A DNA stretch of 64,000 nt from Candidatus Heimdallarchaeota archaeon (GCA_011364965.1 RDOB01000002.1:260554-324553), one strand, 5' to 3'. Shown: positions 48,720-58,388, counted from the first letter of the stretch. Program-made: numbers and translations. The notes: generated by a model from the letters alone, not told the origin.

Positions 48720-49088
48720 TCAAAGAATATAGAAGATGAAATAAATTAACGCCCCAGAGAATGCAATTAAACCTCCGACTGTTCCACCAATTATTCCAAG
48801 GAACGCAGCTATTACAATCCAACTAGTAGTTTTGGAGTCGTGAGGTTTTTGCATAGTAGTGACAATTAGGACTGCAATTCCACATATAATTGTCACCAAA
48901 CTCCATAAGAAAGATAAATTCACATCTAAGTTGAAAAAGTTCGTTAATAGGAAGGCTGGGGGCGTTTGTTGAGTTAGGAGAGCTTGAATTCCTAATAGTA
49001 TCATGAAAAGGCCCCCAATTGCTACCAATAAAACCCCAATTAGCGAACCATATCTATACCACTTTGATTTATATTTTCGTTTTGGCAA
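48720..49088 (-). CDS. small membrane protein (about 4 TM)
   Basis: 122-aa ORF consisting almost entirely of hydrophobic helices separated by short loops. Confidence 0.45.
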   Translation of the reverse strand: MPKRKYKSKWYRYGSLIGVLLVAIGGLFMILLGIQALLTQQTPPAFLLTNFFNLDVNLSFLWSLVTIICGIAVLIVTTMQKPHDSKTTSWIVIAAFLGIIGGTVGGLIAFSGALIYFIFYIL

Positions 49089-49217
49089 ATGACTGAACCT
49101 CGGTAAGATACCTTGTTAGGTGGTATTTGAATCAATTTAAGAATTTTTTGACATGAATTTGTAACTATTTAGTTTAAAGTTACTTTCAAAAAAACAGGTA
49201 TAAGAACAAGTGTTGAT

Positions 49218-49667
49218 ATGAAAATTAATAAACGCGACTCTTGGGAAAATTATTTTATGCGAATTGCACTGGAAGTAGCCACAAGAAGTACCTGTGATCG
49301 TAAACATATAGGAGCTGTCATTGTACGAGACCGAACGATTTTATCAACTGGTTATAATGGCAGTATAAGAGGATTAGCGCATTGCGATGAAGAGGGGCAT
49401 ATGATGGAAAATGGACATTGTGTAAGAACAGTTCATGCAGAAGCGAATGCACTAGCTCAAGCAGCAAAGAATGGGGTTCGTGTGGAAGCAAGTGAGATAT
49501 ATATAACCACATCTCCATGTTGGACGTGTTTTAAATTACTAGCAAATTCTGGAATTACCAAGATTTATTACGGTGAATTTTATCGTGATAACCGCATATT
49601 CGATGCAGCTAAGGAAGCAAACATTCAACTAGTGCATTTAAGCATTAAGGATCTTTGCTCAGATTAA
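49218..49667 (+). CDS. dCMP deaminase (cytidine/deoxycytidylate deaminase zinc-binding family)
   Basis: 149 aa. Zinc motifs HAEANAL and PCWTCFK. Confidence 0.85.
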   Translation: MKINKRDSWENYFMRIALEVATRSTCDRKHIGAVIVRDRTILSTGYNGSIRGLAHCDEEGHMMENGHCVRTVHAEANALAQAAKNGVRVEASEIYITTSPCWTCFKLLANSGITKIYYGEFYRDNRIFDAAKEANIQLVHLSIKDLCSD

Positions 49668-49778
49668 TTATTGAAATATTTTTCAAAATAAAAAGAAACC
49701 GATGTTAATTTAAGCACTTCTCTCCCCTATAGGAAAAAAAGAGAAGAAGATTCTGAAAACCGTTATTATATTCTTCCT

Positions 49779-50159
49779 TCATATATTATATCTTTGAAAG
49801 AATTGCATACGAGATTTCTTGACTCTTTTTTTTTGTCCCTTCTTCATTATCGTTCTACGTTTCGTTGGCTTTAATTTTTGGCTATTCTTTCTGAATGAAA
49901 ATTTTTTTTGTTTCTTTGGTGAATCAGGTAATTCGGAATAATTTTTGATTGGCGTTTTTCTGTTCTTCTTCTCAACAATGATTTCTGAGGATTGAATTTC
50001 GGAGTAGGATTTCTCATCTGATTTTGAGGCATACTGCCTTTTTTTCTTTTCTAAGAGTTTCTTCGTCCGTTCTTTTTCTTCCTCGAAATATTTGGTCGCT
50101 ATATCAATTTCTGTACGGCCATATTTATTTCTTCTTGAGTGTGCTGTCATTGTAATCAC
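49779..50159 (-). CDS. highly basic Lys/Arg-rich, probably disordered protein
   Basis: 126 aa. Runs such as KKLLEKKKRQ, SPKKQKKFSFRKNSQKLKPTKRRTIMKKGQKKRVKKSR. No TM segment and no recognisable fold. Confidence 0.4.
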   Translation of the reverse strand: MITMTAHSRRNKYGRTEIDIATKYFEEEKERTKKLLEKKKRQYASKSDEKSYSEIQSSEIIVEKKNRKTPIKNYSELPDSPKKQKKFSFRKNSQKLKPTKRRTIMKKGQKKRVKKSRMQFFQRYNI

Positions 50160-50571
50160 ATGTAACCAAAATCGAGCAAAATTATACTCGATGCCAGTCA
50201 GAGAAGCATCACTCGATGCTCTATTCCTGTATGTCTTCGAGGAACTCGAGGATTGTTTGACTTGTGATAACTATTTGCTTTTGAATCGCTTGGTATCAGA
50301 TATTTAGTATTACTTGGGTGTACATTGCCCTTTTAATACGATTGTATTGAATTCAAAGCCAGATTTTAAGTGTATGTATCCACTTTATCGTATCTCCAAG
50401 CTCTTGAAATTGGAATCCCTCAATAAACCAGAGATACTGTTTATTCAGTATCTCACTTAAATTTTTAAGCCTATCTATTTAGATATCTTAAGAAATAATT
50501 AGAATTTTTGAGTAATAATACTAAGCTAATCATTGTTCAAAGGTTAAAAATACATTATTTATGGGATATAT

Positions 50572-51288
50572 ATGCCTCAAATTAACGTAGTTTTCTTTAA
50601 TGCGGGAGGTACATTAATTCAATTAAAAAATACAACTATTCCCAAACTATATTCGCAAATTTTGTCAAAAATTCTAGGAAAACACATACCAGAAGAAGTA
50701 ATCTATAGATGTTTTCATGAAGCAGATCAATGGGCGAGGTCTCGGAAGGTTCTTACATTATTCAATGATTTAGAACAACGAAAATATCAAAATGTTTTTT
50801 ATAGTCACCTAGGTATCACAAAGAGGAAAGAAATTAATAAAATTGAACATCTTGTGGCTCAAGATATTAATTATGACTTTGTCCTTGAAACTAACGCGAA
50901 GAAGGTATTAAAACAGCTACAGAAAGAGTATAAAATTGGATTAATATCGAATTGGGATGAGAATCTGTTTGATATTCTAGAAGATCTTGCTATTGTGGAT
51001 ATATTTGATTCTATTACAATTTCAGGTGATATTGGCTATAATAAGCCTAGTCAAGAAATTTTTAAATCCGCTCTTTCAGATTTTCCAGATTCGAAGCCTA
51101 ATTCAACCATTTATATCGGTGATGATTACTATACGGATATCATCCCCGCGCAAGCAATGCGTATGCATTCTATCCTTTTTGATAAAGGTCCTACGGGTAT
51201 GCATGGTCATCCATTTCGCTCCGAGATGAAATGTGCTAAGATAAATAGTCTTGATCAAGTTTATCATACCATTAGTAATATCTTGTAG
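50572..51288 (+). CDS. HAD-superfamily hydrolase-like protein with Asn replacing the nucleophilic Asp
   Basis: 238 aa. Motif I reads FFNAGGTL where FDxxGTL is expected. Motif II is LISNWD, motif III YNKPS and motif IV YIGDDYYTDI. Confidence 0.75.
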   Translation: MPQINVVFFNAGGTLIQLKNTTIPKLYSQILSKILGKHIPEEVIYRCFHEADQWARSRKVLTLFNDLEQRKYQNVFYSHLGITKRKEINKIEHLVAQDINYDFVLETNAKKVLKQLQKEYKIGLISNWDENLFDILEDLAIVDIFDSITISGDIGYNKPSQEIFKSALSDFPDSKPNSTIYIGDDYYTDIIPAQAMRMHSILFDKGPTGMHGHPFRSEMKCAKINSLDQVYHTISNIL

Positions 51289-51457
51289 TTTCCTATGCTT
51301 TTTCCTAGTCATCTTTGGACGATTATCGATTTCCATTGAGGAAACAAAATTTCTATTCATTCTCATTTTAATAGAAATGATTAAAATAATTCCAATTATT
51401 TCTAAAATAGGGATCGTTAATTTAATTATTCATAGATTAGATTGAGGATGTTCGAAT

Positions 51458-53590
51458 TTGCAAAGAGAATTAATACCTCAGACTGAAATTTTGTACTCCA
51501 GTCGAACTGGCCATCTATTTTCCGTGATACGTCTATTTCCTTTTCATTCAAACTCTTTATTTGCGTCAAGTTCTTTTGATGGTACTGTTAGGATCTGGAA
51601 TGATTCGAAGCAAGAAAGAGTTCTATTCTATTTCTCTGAAGCAATAGAAGGTCTACATATTACTCCCAACGACAAAGAAATCATAGTTATATTGGCAGAT
51701 TCATCCAAAGCATACATTTATAATCTTGAGTCAGAAAGCTTACTCACAATAGGGGAGGATCAACTATTTCGTAATATTATTGGAACTAATCCTAGTAGTA
51801 CGAAAACAGCATTAGTTACATTTAATGATGAAGTATTGATATACAACCATCAAACAAGAAGGATAAGTTCTTCTGTACTTATTGAAAATATATCTGGGGA
51901 TTCTTTAATTTGGATTAATGATGAGAAATTTTGCGTTCCAAAACGGAATGGATCTATTTGTATTGTTGATTTGGATAAAAAAGAATTGAAGAGAGAAATA
52001 CCGGTTCATGATGGATTGGTCACCTCAATTTGCCTGAATGGTGGGGATATTATTACTGTGTCAGAAGATGGAACTGGTAAAGTGCTAGATATTGATTTCA
52101 ATCCGAAAAAGGGATTTAAGATTGATTTTTTGCCAATTTCTGTTGATTATAATGCAAAAGCAAAGCTAATTGCTGTAACTGGGGAAAGAAATTTACTTAT
52201 CATTAACACTCGAACAGGGGAAATTTTGCAATTAGAGCAAGAATTATCAGGTTCCAATGCTATTATTTTAGACGATGCAACAATAATTAAAGGATCTGGG
52301 GAGCATGATATCATTTTTATTGATATTAATGGGAATTTGAAAAAAAAAATTGAGGGAAGGTTTCATACTGCTGAATTTACAGCTTTTTTGGAGGAAAATA
52401 AATTAGCAATTGCCTCGGGAGACAACTCAGTCCATCTATTAGATTATTGTCATCATCTTGATCAGATACTCCAAACTCATAAAGAAACTGTTTCTGCAAT
52501 CATTTTTAGTCCTCAATACAATTTATTGATTTCTGGAGCATATGATGATAGTTTAATCATTTGGGATATTATAAATAATCGCTTGAGAAAACAAATCGAC
52601 GGATTACCCTTAATATCTGCATTAACACTTTCACCATCATCAGATAAGATAGCAGTGGGATGTAGCGGAGACAATACAATACATATTTTTACTATAGAAG
52701 GTGAAGAGCTGACTAAATGGGAGGCTCATCGAGATTTCATCTCATATCTCATATTTATGAGCGATGAAGTTTTAATTTCAGGTTCAGATGATTCTAATAT
52801 TAAATTTTGGAAACCTGATGGAAAATTGATAAGTTCAATTCAAGAAAAGTCTCCAATAAAATCTATTGAAACAACTATTGACTTTGATTATTATATCACT
52901 GGACATAAAAATGGGGCTCTTAATATTTATGAAAAAGTATCAAACCGTAAGGTAGCATATCATCTTGCTTCGTCACAGGTTCAACAAATTAAAATTATTG
53001 ACAATAAAAGAATCCTCTTTGCTTCTCAGAATATACTTCATCAAATTGAGTTCGACGGATACCACATCGTTGACATACAAGAGATAGATAGCCATGTAGA
53101 GCCGATTCGTGGAATAATGTGGTATGAAAATCCATTTAGAATCATATCTGTTTCTCATGCAATAGAGATTCATGAAACTTTATTTAAGACTAAAGACATT
53201 TCTATACCCTTAATAGATGAAGAAGACTCAGGAATGGTAATTTATGCTCCAGAGGATTTCGAGGAAACTTCTGATCAAATATTAAAACCGGAAAGTTCCG
53301 ACTCAAAAGTAATAAGGGCCGAAATCGATGAAAAGAATCTAGGGAATGTCCTAGATTATCTTGATACTATATCGAAACAATTTAATGATTTGATCATCCC
53401 AAAATTGCAAATTTATGGGATAGAATTCAATCTTTTCAATGAATCATTAGATCAGATACGTATAAAGATACAAAATCTCATCAAAGATAGACAGGCTATA
53501 AAGCAAGAGAGTGATAAGAATTTGAACGTGAGGGAAACCACTGAAGATTGGAAAAGCATCGATTGGGGAGGAAAAAAACATAATGAATAA
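51458..53590 (+). CDS. WD40 repeat protein (probably two 7-bladed beta-propellers) with an acidic/helical C-terminal domain
   Basis: 710 aa. TTG start with GAGGA 9 nt upstream. About 14 blade-end signatures (VRIWN, AYIYN, VLIYN, ICIVD, GKVLD, LLIIN, IIFID, VHLLD, LIIWD, IHIFT, IKFWK, LNIYE, LHQIE, IEIHE). The last roughly 140 aa are non-WD. Confidence 0.8.
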   Translation: MQRELIPQTEILYSSRTGHLFSVIRLFPFHSNSLFASSSFDGTVRIWNDSKQERVLFYFSEAIEGLHITPNDKEIIVILADSSKAYIYNLESESLLTIGEDQLFRNIIGTNPSSTKTALVTFNDEVLIYNHQTRRISSSVLIENISGDSLIWINDEKFCVPKRNGSICIVDLDKKELKREIPVHDGLVTSICLNGGDIITVSEDGTGKVLDIDFNPKKGFKIDFLPISVDYNAKAKLIAVTGERNLLIINTRTGEILQLEQELSGSNAIILDDATIIKGSGEHDIIFIDINGNLKKKIEGRFHTAEFTAFLEENKLAIASGDNSVHLLDYCHHLDQILQTHKETVSAIIFSPQYNLLISGAYDDSLIIWDIINNRLRKQIDGLPLISALTLSPSSDKIAVGCSGDNTIHIFTIEGEELTKWEAHRDFISYLIFMSDEVLISGSDDSNIKFWKPDGKLISSIQEKSPIKSIETTIDFDYYITGHKNGALNIYEKVSNRKVAYHLASSQVQQIKIIDNKRILFASQNILHQIEFDGYHIVDIQEIDSHVEPIRGIMWYENPFRIISVSHAIEIHETLFKTKDISIPLIDEEDSGMVIYAPEDFEETSDQILKPESSDSKVIRAEIDEKNLGNVLDYLDTISKQFNDLIIPKLQIYGIEFNLFNESLDQIRIKIQNLIKDRQAIKQESDKNLNVRETTEDWKSIDWGGKKHNE

Positions 53591-53601
53591 ATCATCCATT
53601 T

Positions 53602-54777
53602 TTGAAAAAAAAGATACTTTTATCAAAGCTACTTAATGAACTGACTGATAGCGAGGTTAAAAAAATGAATGGAAATCAAAAAATTGCTGATATAAATCAA
53701 AAATCCCCAAGCTTTTTATTAAAAGTTAAAGAACACATGCTTGAAACTCTCAAGATCATGTACAATAGTATGAGATATCCAGAATTCAAGTTTACAAGAT
53801 CAGGATTAATCATTTCAATTATCTTAATAATTGCTTCGGCATTAATATTTCTAATTCCTCTTATAATAGGAGAAATCAAATTCTTAACCTTTAGTATTCC
53901 AGCTAACCTTCTTGGAATACCTATAAGTCTACTAGTTGCATTTTTGGTTATATATTTATGGTTCTTACTCGGATTGAAGGTAACTCCGATTATTGCTCAC
54001 CTCCTAGTTGATAATAAAGTATTAACCTTATTGTTTACTAAAGGAAATGTCCATTATGTGGAATATGTTCCGTTAGAGAAGCGAAAAATTGCTTTTCCAC
54101 ATATTCTAAACAAATATATTGCTCTGATAGTAGCTTGGGTTTCTGTTTCAGCATTTTTACTTAATCTTTTAGCAGGTTTCGTAGCTGGAGGAGATCCTCG
54201 ACTTCTTGTGAGTCCAGGTGAAAATATCTTCTTCTTTATATTGAGAACCGTTGTTTTATTTGTGTTTGTACCAATTATCTTCACAGGTTTATATCCAATC
54301 GGTTGGATGCTTATCGATGCGAAATTAAAGGCTTATAATAGTGTAACCCAACTAAATTGGTTGATTGGAAAAAAGGTGCTTAACATTACAGCTGGTATTA
54401 TAACCATTGGATCCGTTCTGGCCTTGGGAGCTAGTGTAATTGAGTATTTTGCCGTGAGGGCTCAATTAATTGTAGATCTTCTTCTATTCTGTGTTGTTAA
54501 TATTTCATTAATAGTTTCACTAGTTACTGTTTTTTATAATATGTTCTTTCAGGGAAAGTTTTACCAAAACATAATAGATTCGTTGAATGTGGGATATGGT
54601 ATCACCTCCGTTACTTTAGTAGATGCAGAAGGACTACCCATTCACAATAAAGAAGAAGAGGAAACACTTGTTGAAAAACCTCTTGAAGAAGTTAAGAAAG
54701 AATCGATGCATGAAATAAGTTCTGATAATGTAACAGAGGTTTCACGGTTAAAAGAGGATCATGAAGAGATAGAATAA
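53602..54777 (+). CDS. polytopic membrane protein of unknown family (about 6 TM, acidic C-tail)
   Basis: 391-aa ORF that begins 11 nt after the WD40 gene. ATG at 53665 (GAGGT 8 nt upstream) is an alternative start. The C-terminus is rich in E/K. Confidence 0.55.
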   Translation: MKKKILLSKLLNELTDSEVKKMNGNQKIADINQKSPSFLLKVKEHMLETLKIMYNSMRYPEFKFTRSGLIISIILIIASALIFLIPLIIGEIKFLTFSIPANLLGIPISLLVAFLVIYLWFLLGLKVTPIIAHLLVDNKVLTLLFTKGNVHYVEYVPLEKRKIAFPHILNKYIALIVAWVSVSAFLLNLLAGFVAGGDPRLLVSPGENIFFFILRTVVLFVFVPIIFTGLYPIGWMLIDAKLKAYNSVTQLNWLIGKKVLNITAGIITIGSVLALGASVIEYFAVRAQLIVDLLLFCVVNISLIVSLVTVFYNMFFQGKFYQNIIDSLNVGYGITSVTLVDAEGLPIHNKEEEETLVEKPLEEVKKESMHEISSDNVTEVSRLKEDHEEIE

Positions 54778-54883
54778 TTTCTATCAAAGTTTTTATTTCA
54801 CCCTCATTGGAACAGTTGGAACTTCTTAAGTTCAATCATCATTATCGGATTTTAGAGTAAATGCAGGAAAGAGTAGAAAAATA

Positions 54884-56401
54884 ATGGATTTCGCTTCAGT
54901 TTTAAATTACTATTGCAGGAAGATAGGTACATGGTTTTTAGGGGTAATCCCTATTTTATTGACAATATTGTTATTTTTGGTTATGTTTACTCAATATCCC
55001 ACAAGTGCAACGGATAGTGATTATCTTTCTCAATCCTTAAATGACCCAATTCATTTCTTAATTGTTTTTTTATACATTACACTAATTATAGCGGCAATTC
55101 CATTTTCTTTGAACGGTTTCTTCATGGAAACAGCGTTCAATAAAGAAGTTAAGAGAATAACCAAGACTGGATTACTCATAAGAAGAGGAGTAGAAGGTTT
55201 TTCAGAGGTTGAGTCTTCAATTAAGCTTCTTTATCGGGGATCTTATTCAGTAATCGCAACTGTCATAATAAGTTTTTTAGTATTCTTGTCCGCCTTAATT
55301 CTACAAGAGTATGCTAATGATGCGATACTTTTCCATTCTACTAAACTATTTATCTTTACTGCAAGTATTGGATTGTTAGCTATATCTTCAGGAGCTTCTA
55401 TATTATTGAAACTTCCAGATAAATCTGCGTTACAACCCGGAGGATTAATGCGATATTATTCCCCCAAAAGTCTCGCGCTGCGTCTAGATAATATATTATC
55501 TGACTCAATTTTTACTCAACTCGACCCAATTACTCGAATAAAAATGGATGAATGGGCGAAATCAATATCCGAGAATTTTAATGTTAATTTCATTCCTCAC
55601 GAAGACAATCAAACAAGACTGGAACGGGCTAGGGAAAAGATATTTTTGCTAGTCTATTTAAAAGAGTTTATTCCTGAGTTAATGACAGAGGATATCTTTA
55701 AGAATGAAATCGGAGAGATATTTGCTCCCAATTATATGAACATATTCATAGAAGGAAAAGATTCTGGAATTTCATTACAAGTTCTTTCAACGATTATTAG
55801 AGATGTTGAAAAAGAAATCCCCCAAATTTTTGAACTTGTTCAAAGGATTTTTGTATTAGTTAAAGATAATCTGAGCTACCTGAGAACCAAAGAGGAGATT
55901 ATAACGATTTGCCATCCAACACATCATATTGGTAATATTGATCCCTTCCGCATAATAATCTTTATTCTAAATTTAAAAAAGGAAGTAAGAAAGGTTTTGA
56001 TACAAGCACAAACTTCAATGAGTTCTTTAGATCCAGATGACGCCTCTCAATCCCTTTTACTAGATACAGGTGATCTGTTTATTCCCAGAACTGAGAATGA
56101 GATAAAATTTTCATCATCTGAAGACCCAGTTGATATTATTCGTCTTGTAAGTTCTATTTTGCAAATTGGAGATGCTTTAGCTCTACAATTTCGTCCTAAT
56201 AGGTTTGGAACTCATGTTCTAAATATTTCAATTGGAAATGAGGAAATTGGTATAATTACGGGAAAATCTGTCGTGATCGATGTCCATCGTGACATTCAAT
56301 TTTATGTAAAAACATTTGGAGCAAAAGCTCTTGGTTATATCGGAGCTGCCCTTTCTTTCATTGGAATTGGTTTAGGTTCATTTGTTGGCCTGTTTGGCTA
56401 A
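54884..56401 (+). CDS. membrane protein of unknown family: 4 N-terminal TM, a roughly 270-aa soluble domain, and a Gly-rich C-terminal TM
   Basis: 505 aa. TM helices IGTWFLGVIPILLTILLFLVMF, IHFLIVFLYITLIIAAIPF, YSVIATVIISFLVFLSALIL and LFIFTASIGLLAISSGASILL. C-terminal helix ALGYIGAALSFIGIGLGSFVGLFG. Confidence 0.55.
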   Translation: MDFASVLNYYCRKIGTWFLGVIPILLTILLFLVMFTQYPTSATDSDYLSQSLNDPIHFLIVFLYITLIIAAIPFSLNGFFMETAFNKEVKRITKTGLLIRRGVEGFSEVESSIKLLYRGSYSVIATVIISFLVFLSALILQEYANDAILFHSTKLFIFTASIGLLAISSGASILLKLPDKSALQPGGLMRYYSPKSLALRLDNILSDSIFTQLDPITRIKMDEWAKSISENFNVNFIPHEDNQTRLERAREKIFLLVYLKEFIPELMTEDIFKNEIGEIFAPNYMNIFIEGKDSGISLQVLSTIIRDVEKEIPQIFELVQRIFVLVKDNLSYLRTKEEIITICHPTHHIGNIDPFRIIIFILNLKKEVRKVLIQAQTSMSSLDPDDASQSLLLDTGDLFIPRTENEIKFSSSEDPVDIIRLVSSILQIGDALALQFRPNRFGTHVLNISIGNEEIGIITGKSVVIDVHRDIQFYVKTFGAKALGYIGAALSFIGIGLGSFVGLFG

Positions 56402-56421
56402 ATAAAACAGAGAAATGCAAC

Positions 56422-57747
56422 TTGAAGGTTCATAAATCAACAGTTCCCTTTAAAATCTTATTCCTATTTGTTTTATTACTCATAAATGGGGTCGGAGCCA
56501 CCTTACCTATTCCTAATTTAACTGTCCTAGCTCAATATTATAATTTTCAATATTTTGGATTCATAGAGGCAATTTTTATACTTATATTGACAAGTACGCA
56601 ATTATTATGGGGTTTCTTAATAGATACACTAGAAAGAAAAAGATTGATGAATGTAGCGAACACTATTTGGGTATTGACATCTATTTTAATCTTTTTTTTC
56701 CCTGAATATTTCTATTTTTATCTCATTAATCGTTTAATAATGGCTTTGGGGCTCTCTGCTTTTTTGCCTCTAGCATATTCTGCTATAGCTGATTTTACGG
56801 AATATAATAATCGTGGAATAGTCGCTTCGTTACTAAATATTGCTTGGGTTGGATCTAGCGCCTTAGGAATTTTGATTGGAGGATTTTTCTCTAATTCTTG
56901 GCCTTTATCATTTGGACTTGTTGCTTTATTAGGTATTTTTGTTGGTTTCTGGAGTTATTTTGTGTCTTTTCCTGAAAGAGGTAAAAAAGAACCAATTTTT
57001 CAATCCTTACCACATTATAATTACCCTTGGAGGATTCAAACTAAGGAATATATGTTAATCCTGAAATCTAAAACAAATTTTTGGTTGCTTGTTCAAGGAA
57101 TCTTCGCATTAATTCCAGGATCTTTTTTTACATACTGGATGGTTTCTTTTTTAAACTCTAATCAAGGATTCTACTTTGATATTACTCTTGCTAGTTTATT
57201 AGCCATTGTTATCGCAAGTGGGAGGGTATTCGGATATCCTACATTTGGAAAATTGGGAGATTTCTTAACCAGAAAAAGGAAATCGCCTCATAATCGTGTA
57301 TTCATTGCTACTTTATGCATGATTTTTCAAGCTATATTTTTTTTCATTGCCTTTACTATCCCAGGAAGTTCATATGCCTCGTTCTTCGCATTTTCTTTTT
57401 TTTTCTGGATTGGAAGTTTTATAGGGGGGGGTTCTGGCCCCAATCGAACTTCAATATTATTTGAGGTAACCCTCCCCGAACATAGAGGTACTGTAGGTTC
57501 TTTATTTTCGTTTGTTGATCAAATCGGAATTTCAATAGGTTTATTTTTATCAACTTTGTGGATTCCTTACTTTGGGTATAGAGTAATGTTCGTTTTTGGT
57601 TTAATATTTTATTTATTTGCTGCTTTTTCTTGGTTTATTACCATTATTCCTTTGAGTAAGGATAAAGAAAAAATGAATAAAGTTTTAGAGTCTCGTAAAG
57701 CTGAAATTCAGGATGAAGAAATCGTAAATGGTTCGATTGGTTATTAG
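56422..57747 (+). CDS. MFS transporter
   Basis: 441 aa with about 12 TM helices. The motif-A-like loop GFLIDTLERKRLM sits between TM2 and TM3. It lies 20 nt downstream of the preceding gene. Confidence 0.75.
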   Translation: MKVHKSTVPFKILFLFVLLLINGVGATLPIPNLTVLAQYYNFQYFGFIEAIFILILTSTQLLWGFLIDTLERKRLMNVANTIWVLTSILIFFFPEYFYFYLINRLIMALGLSAFLPLAYSAIADFTEYNNRGIVASLLNIAWVGSSALGILIGGFFSNSWPLSFGLVALLGIFVGFWSYFVSFPERGKKEPIFQSLPHYNYPWRIQTKEYMLILKSKTNFWLLVQGIFALIPGSFFTYWMVSFLNSNQGFYFDITLASLLAIVIASGRVFGYPTFGKLGDFLTRKRKSPHNRVFIATLCMIFQAIFFFIAFTIPGSSYASFFAFSFFFWIGSFIGGGSGPNRTSILFEVTLPEHRGTVGSLFSFVDQIGISIGLFLSTLWIPYFGYRVMFVFGLIFYLFAAFSWFITIIPLSKDKEKMNKVLESRKAEIQDEEIVNGSIGY

Positions 57748-57765
57748 CAGCTTTTTCTTTATTTT

Positions 57766-58199
57766 CTAGCATATTTTCTGTGAATAGATTTGACTATGAT
57801 ATTTGACAGCCCAAATTATAGGTTGCTTCTGCATCGCGTCACCCAGTTTTATCATATCTGCTATATCTAAATCAATAACTTGAGTAGGACTGTGACTGAT
57901 TGTATAATGAATTCTGCTAGATTCTAGTTTAATGTGCTTTTTTGAATCTGGATGCGCACTATACCATGAAAGTGAACTTGGGTAACGCTTTAATGCATCC
58001 TCAATAAGTTCCGCTGGGATAGGAACGCGCGCGCTATCTATCTGGCATCTATTTTTATTTAAGATCTCCAGAGCTTAATTTGTGAGAATTTTACACCAGT
58101 TGTATCCAATAAACGCAAAATTGCTTCATGACTCTCCTGAACTTGATTCTGAGTCATCAAATCAAGAGGAGGATTATTGGTTTTAATTCCAAGGAGCAT
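57766..58199 (-). pseudogene. frameshifted, truncated N-terminal remnant of an MttB-superfamily (trimethylamine/glycine-betaine:corrinoid methyltransferase-like) gene
   Basis: The minus strand reads MLLGIKTNNPPLDLMTQNQVQESHEAILRLLDTTGVKFSQIK. After a frameshift near 58070-58080 it continues ALEILNKNRCQIDSARVPIPAELIEDALKRYPSSLSWYSAHPDSKKHIKLESSRIHYTISHSPTQVIDLD... This matches the MttB-family N-terminal pattern (Q...IH.A.L.IL...GV.F....A.E.L...G..VD....V.IP..LVE.AL...P). It is only about 144 codons long, against a full length of about 480-500. Confidence 0.5.
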
Positions 58200-58388
58200 T
58201 GAATCGCCTTTAAGGAAACAGGATTTAATAGAATTAGTTGGGAATTAAAATGAGAAAAGTATCTACTGAAAATAATCTTTTCAACATAATTCTGTAAACT
58301 AAACATTTTTTAGCAGATTATTTCCAATTCAAATATTATCTCTATAATTAAATTTATTAGAATTTAGACATCAAGAGGTGTAAAAAAT

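Noticed and set aside
50092-50307. 71-aa plus-strand ORF overlapping the 5' end of the basic-protein gene
   Set aside because: It overlaps the start of the opposite-strand gene and has no RBS and no motif. The region is better explained as promoter/leader DNA carrying short repeats.
57766-57768. TAG ending the MttB-like remnant, considered as a pyrrolysine codon
   Set aside because: In genuine Pyl-containing MttB the UAG lies much further into the protein, roughly two-thirds of the way. The sequence after this TAG does not continue as MttB-like in any frame, and it runs into the MFS gene end.
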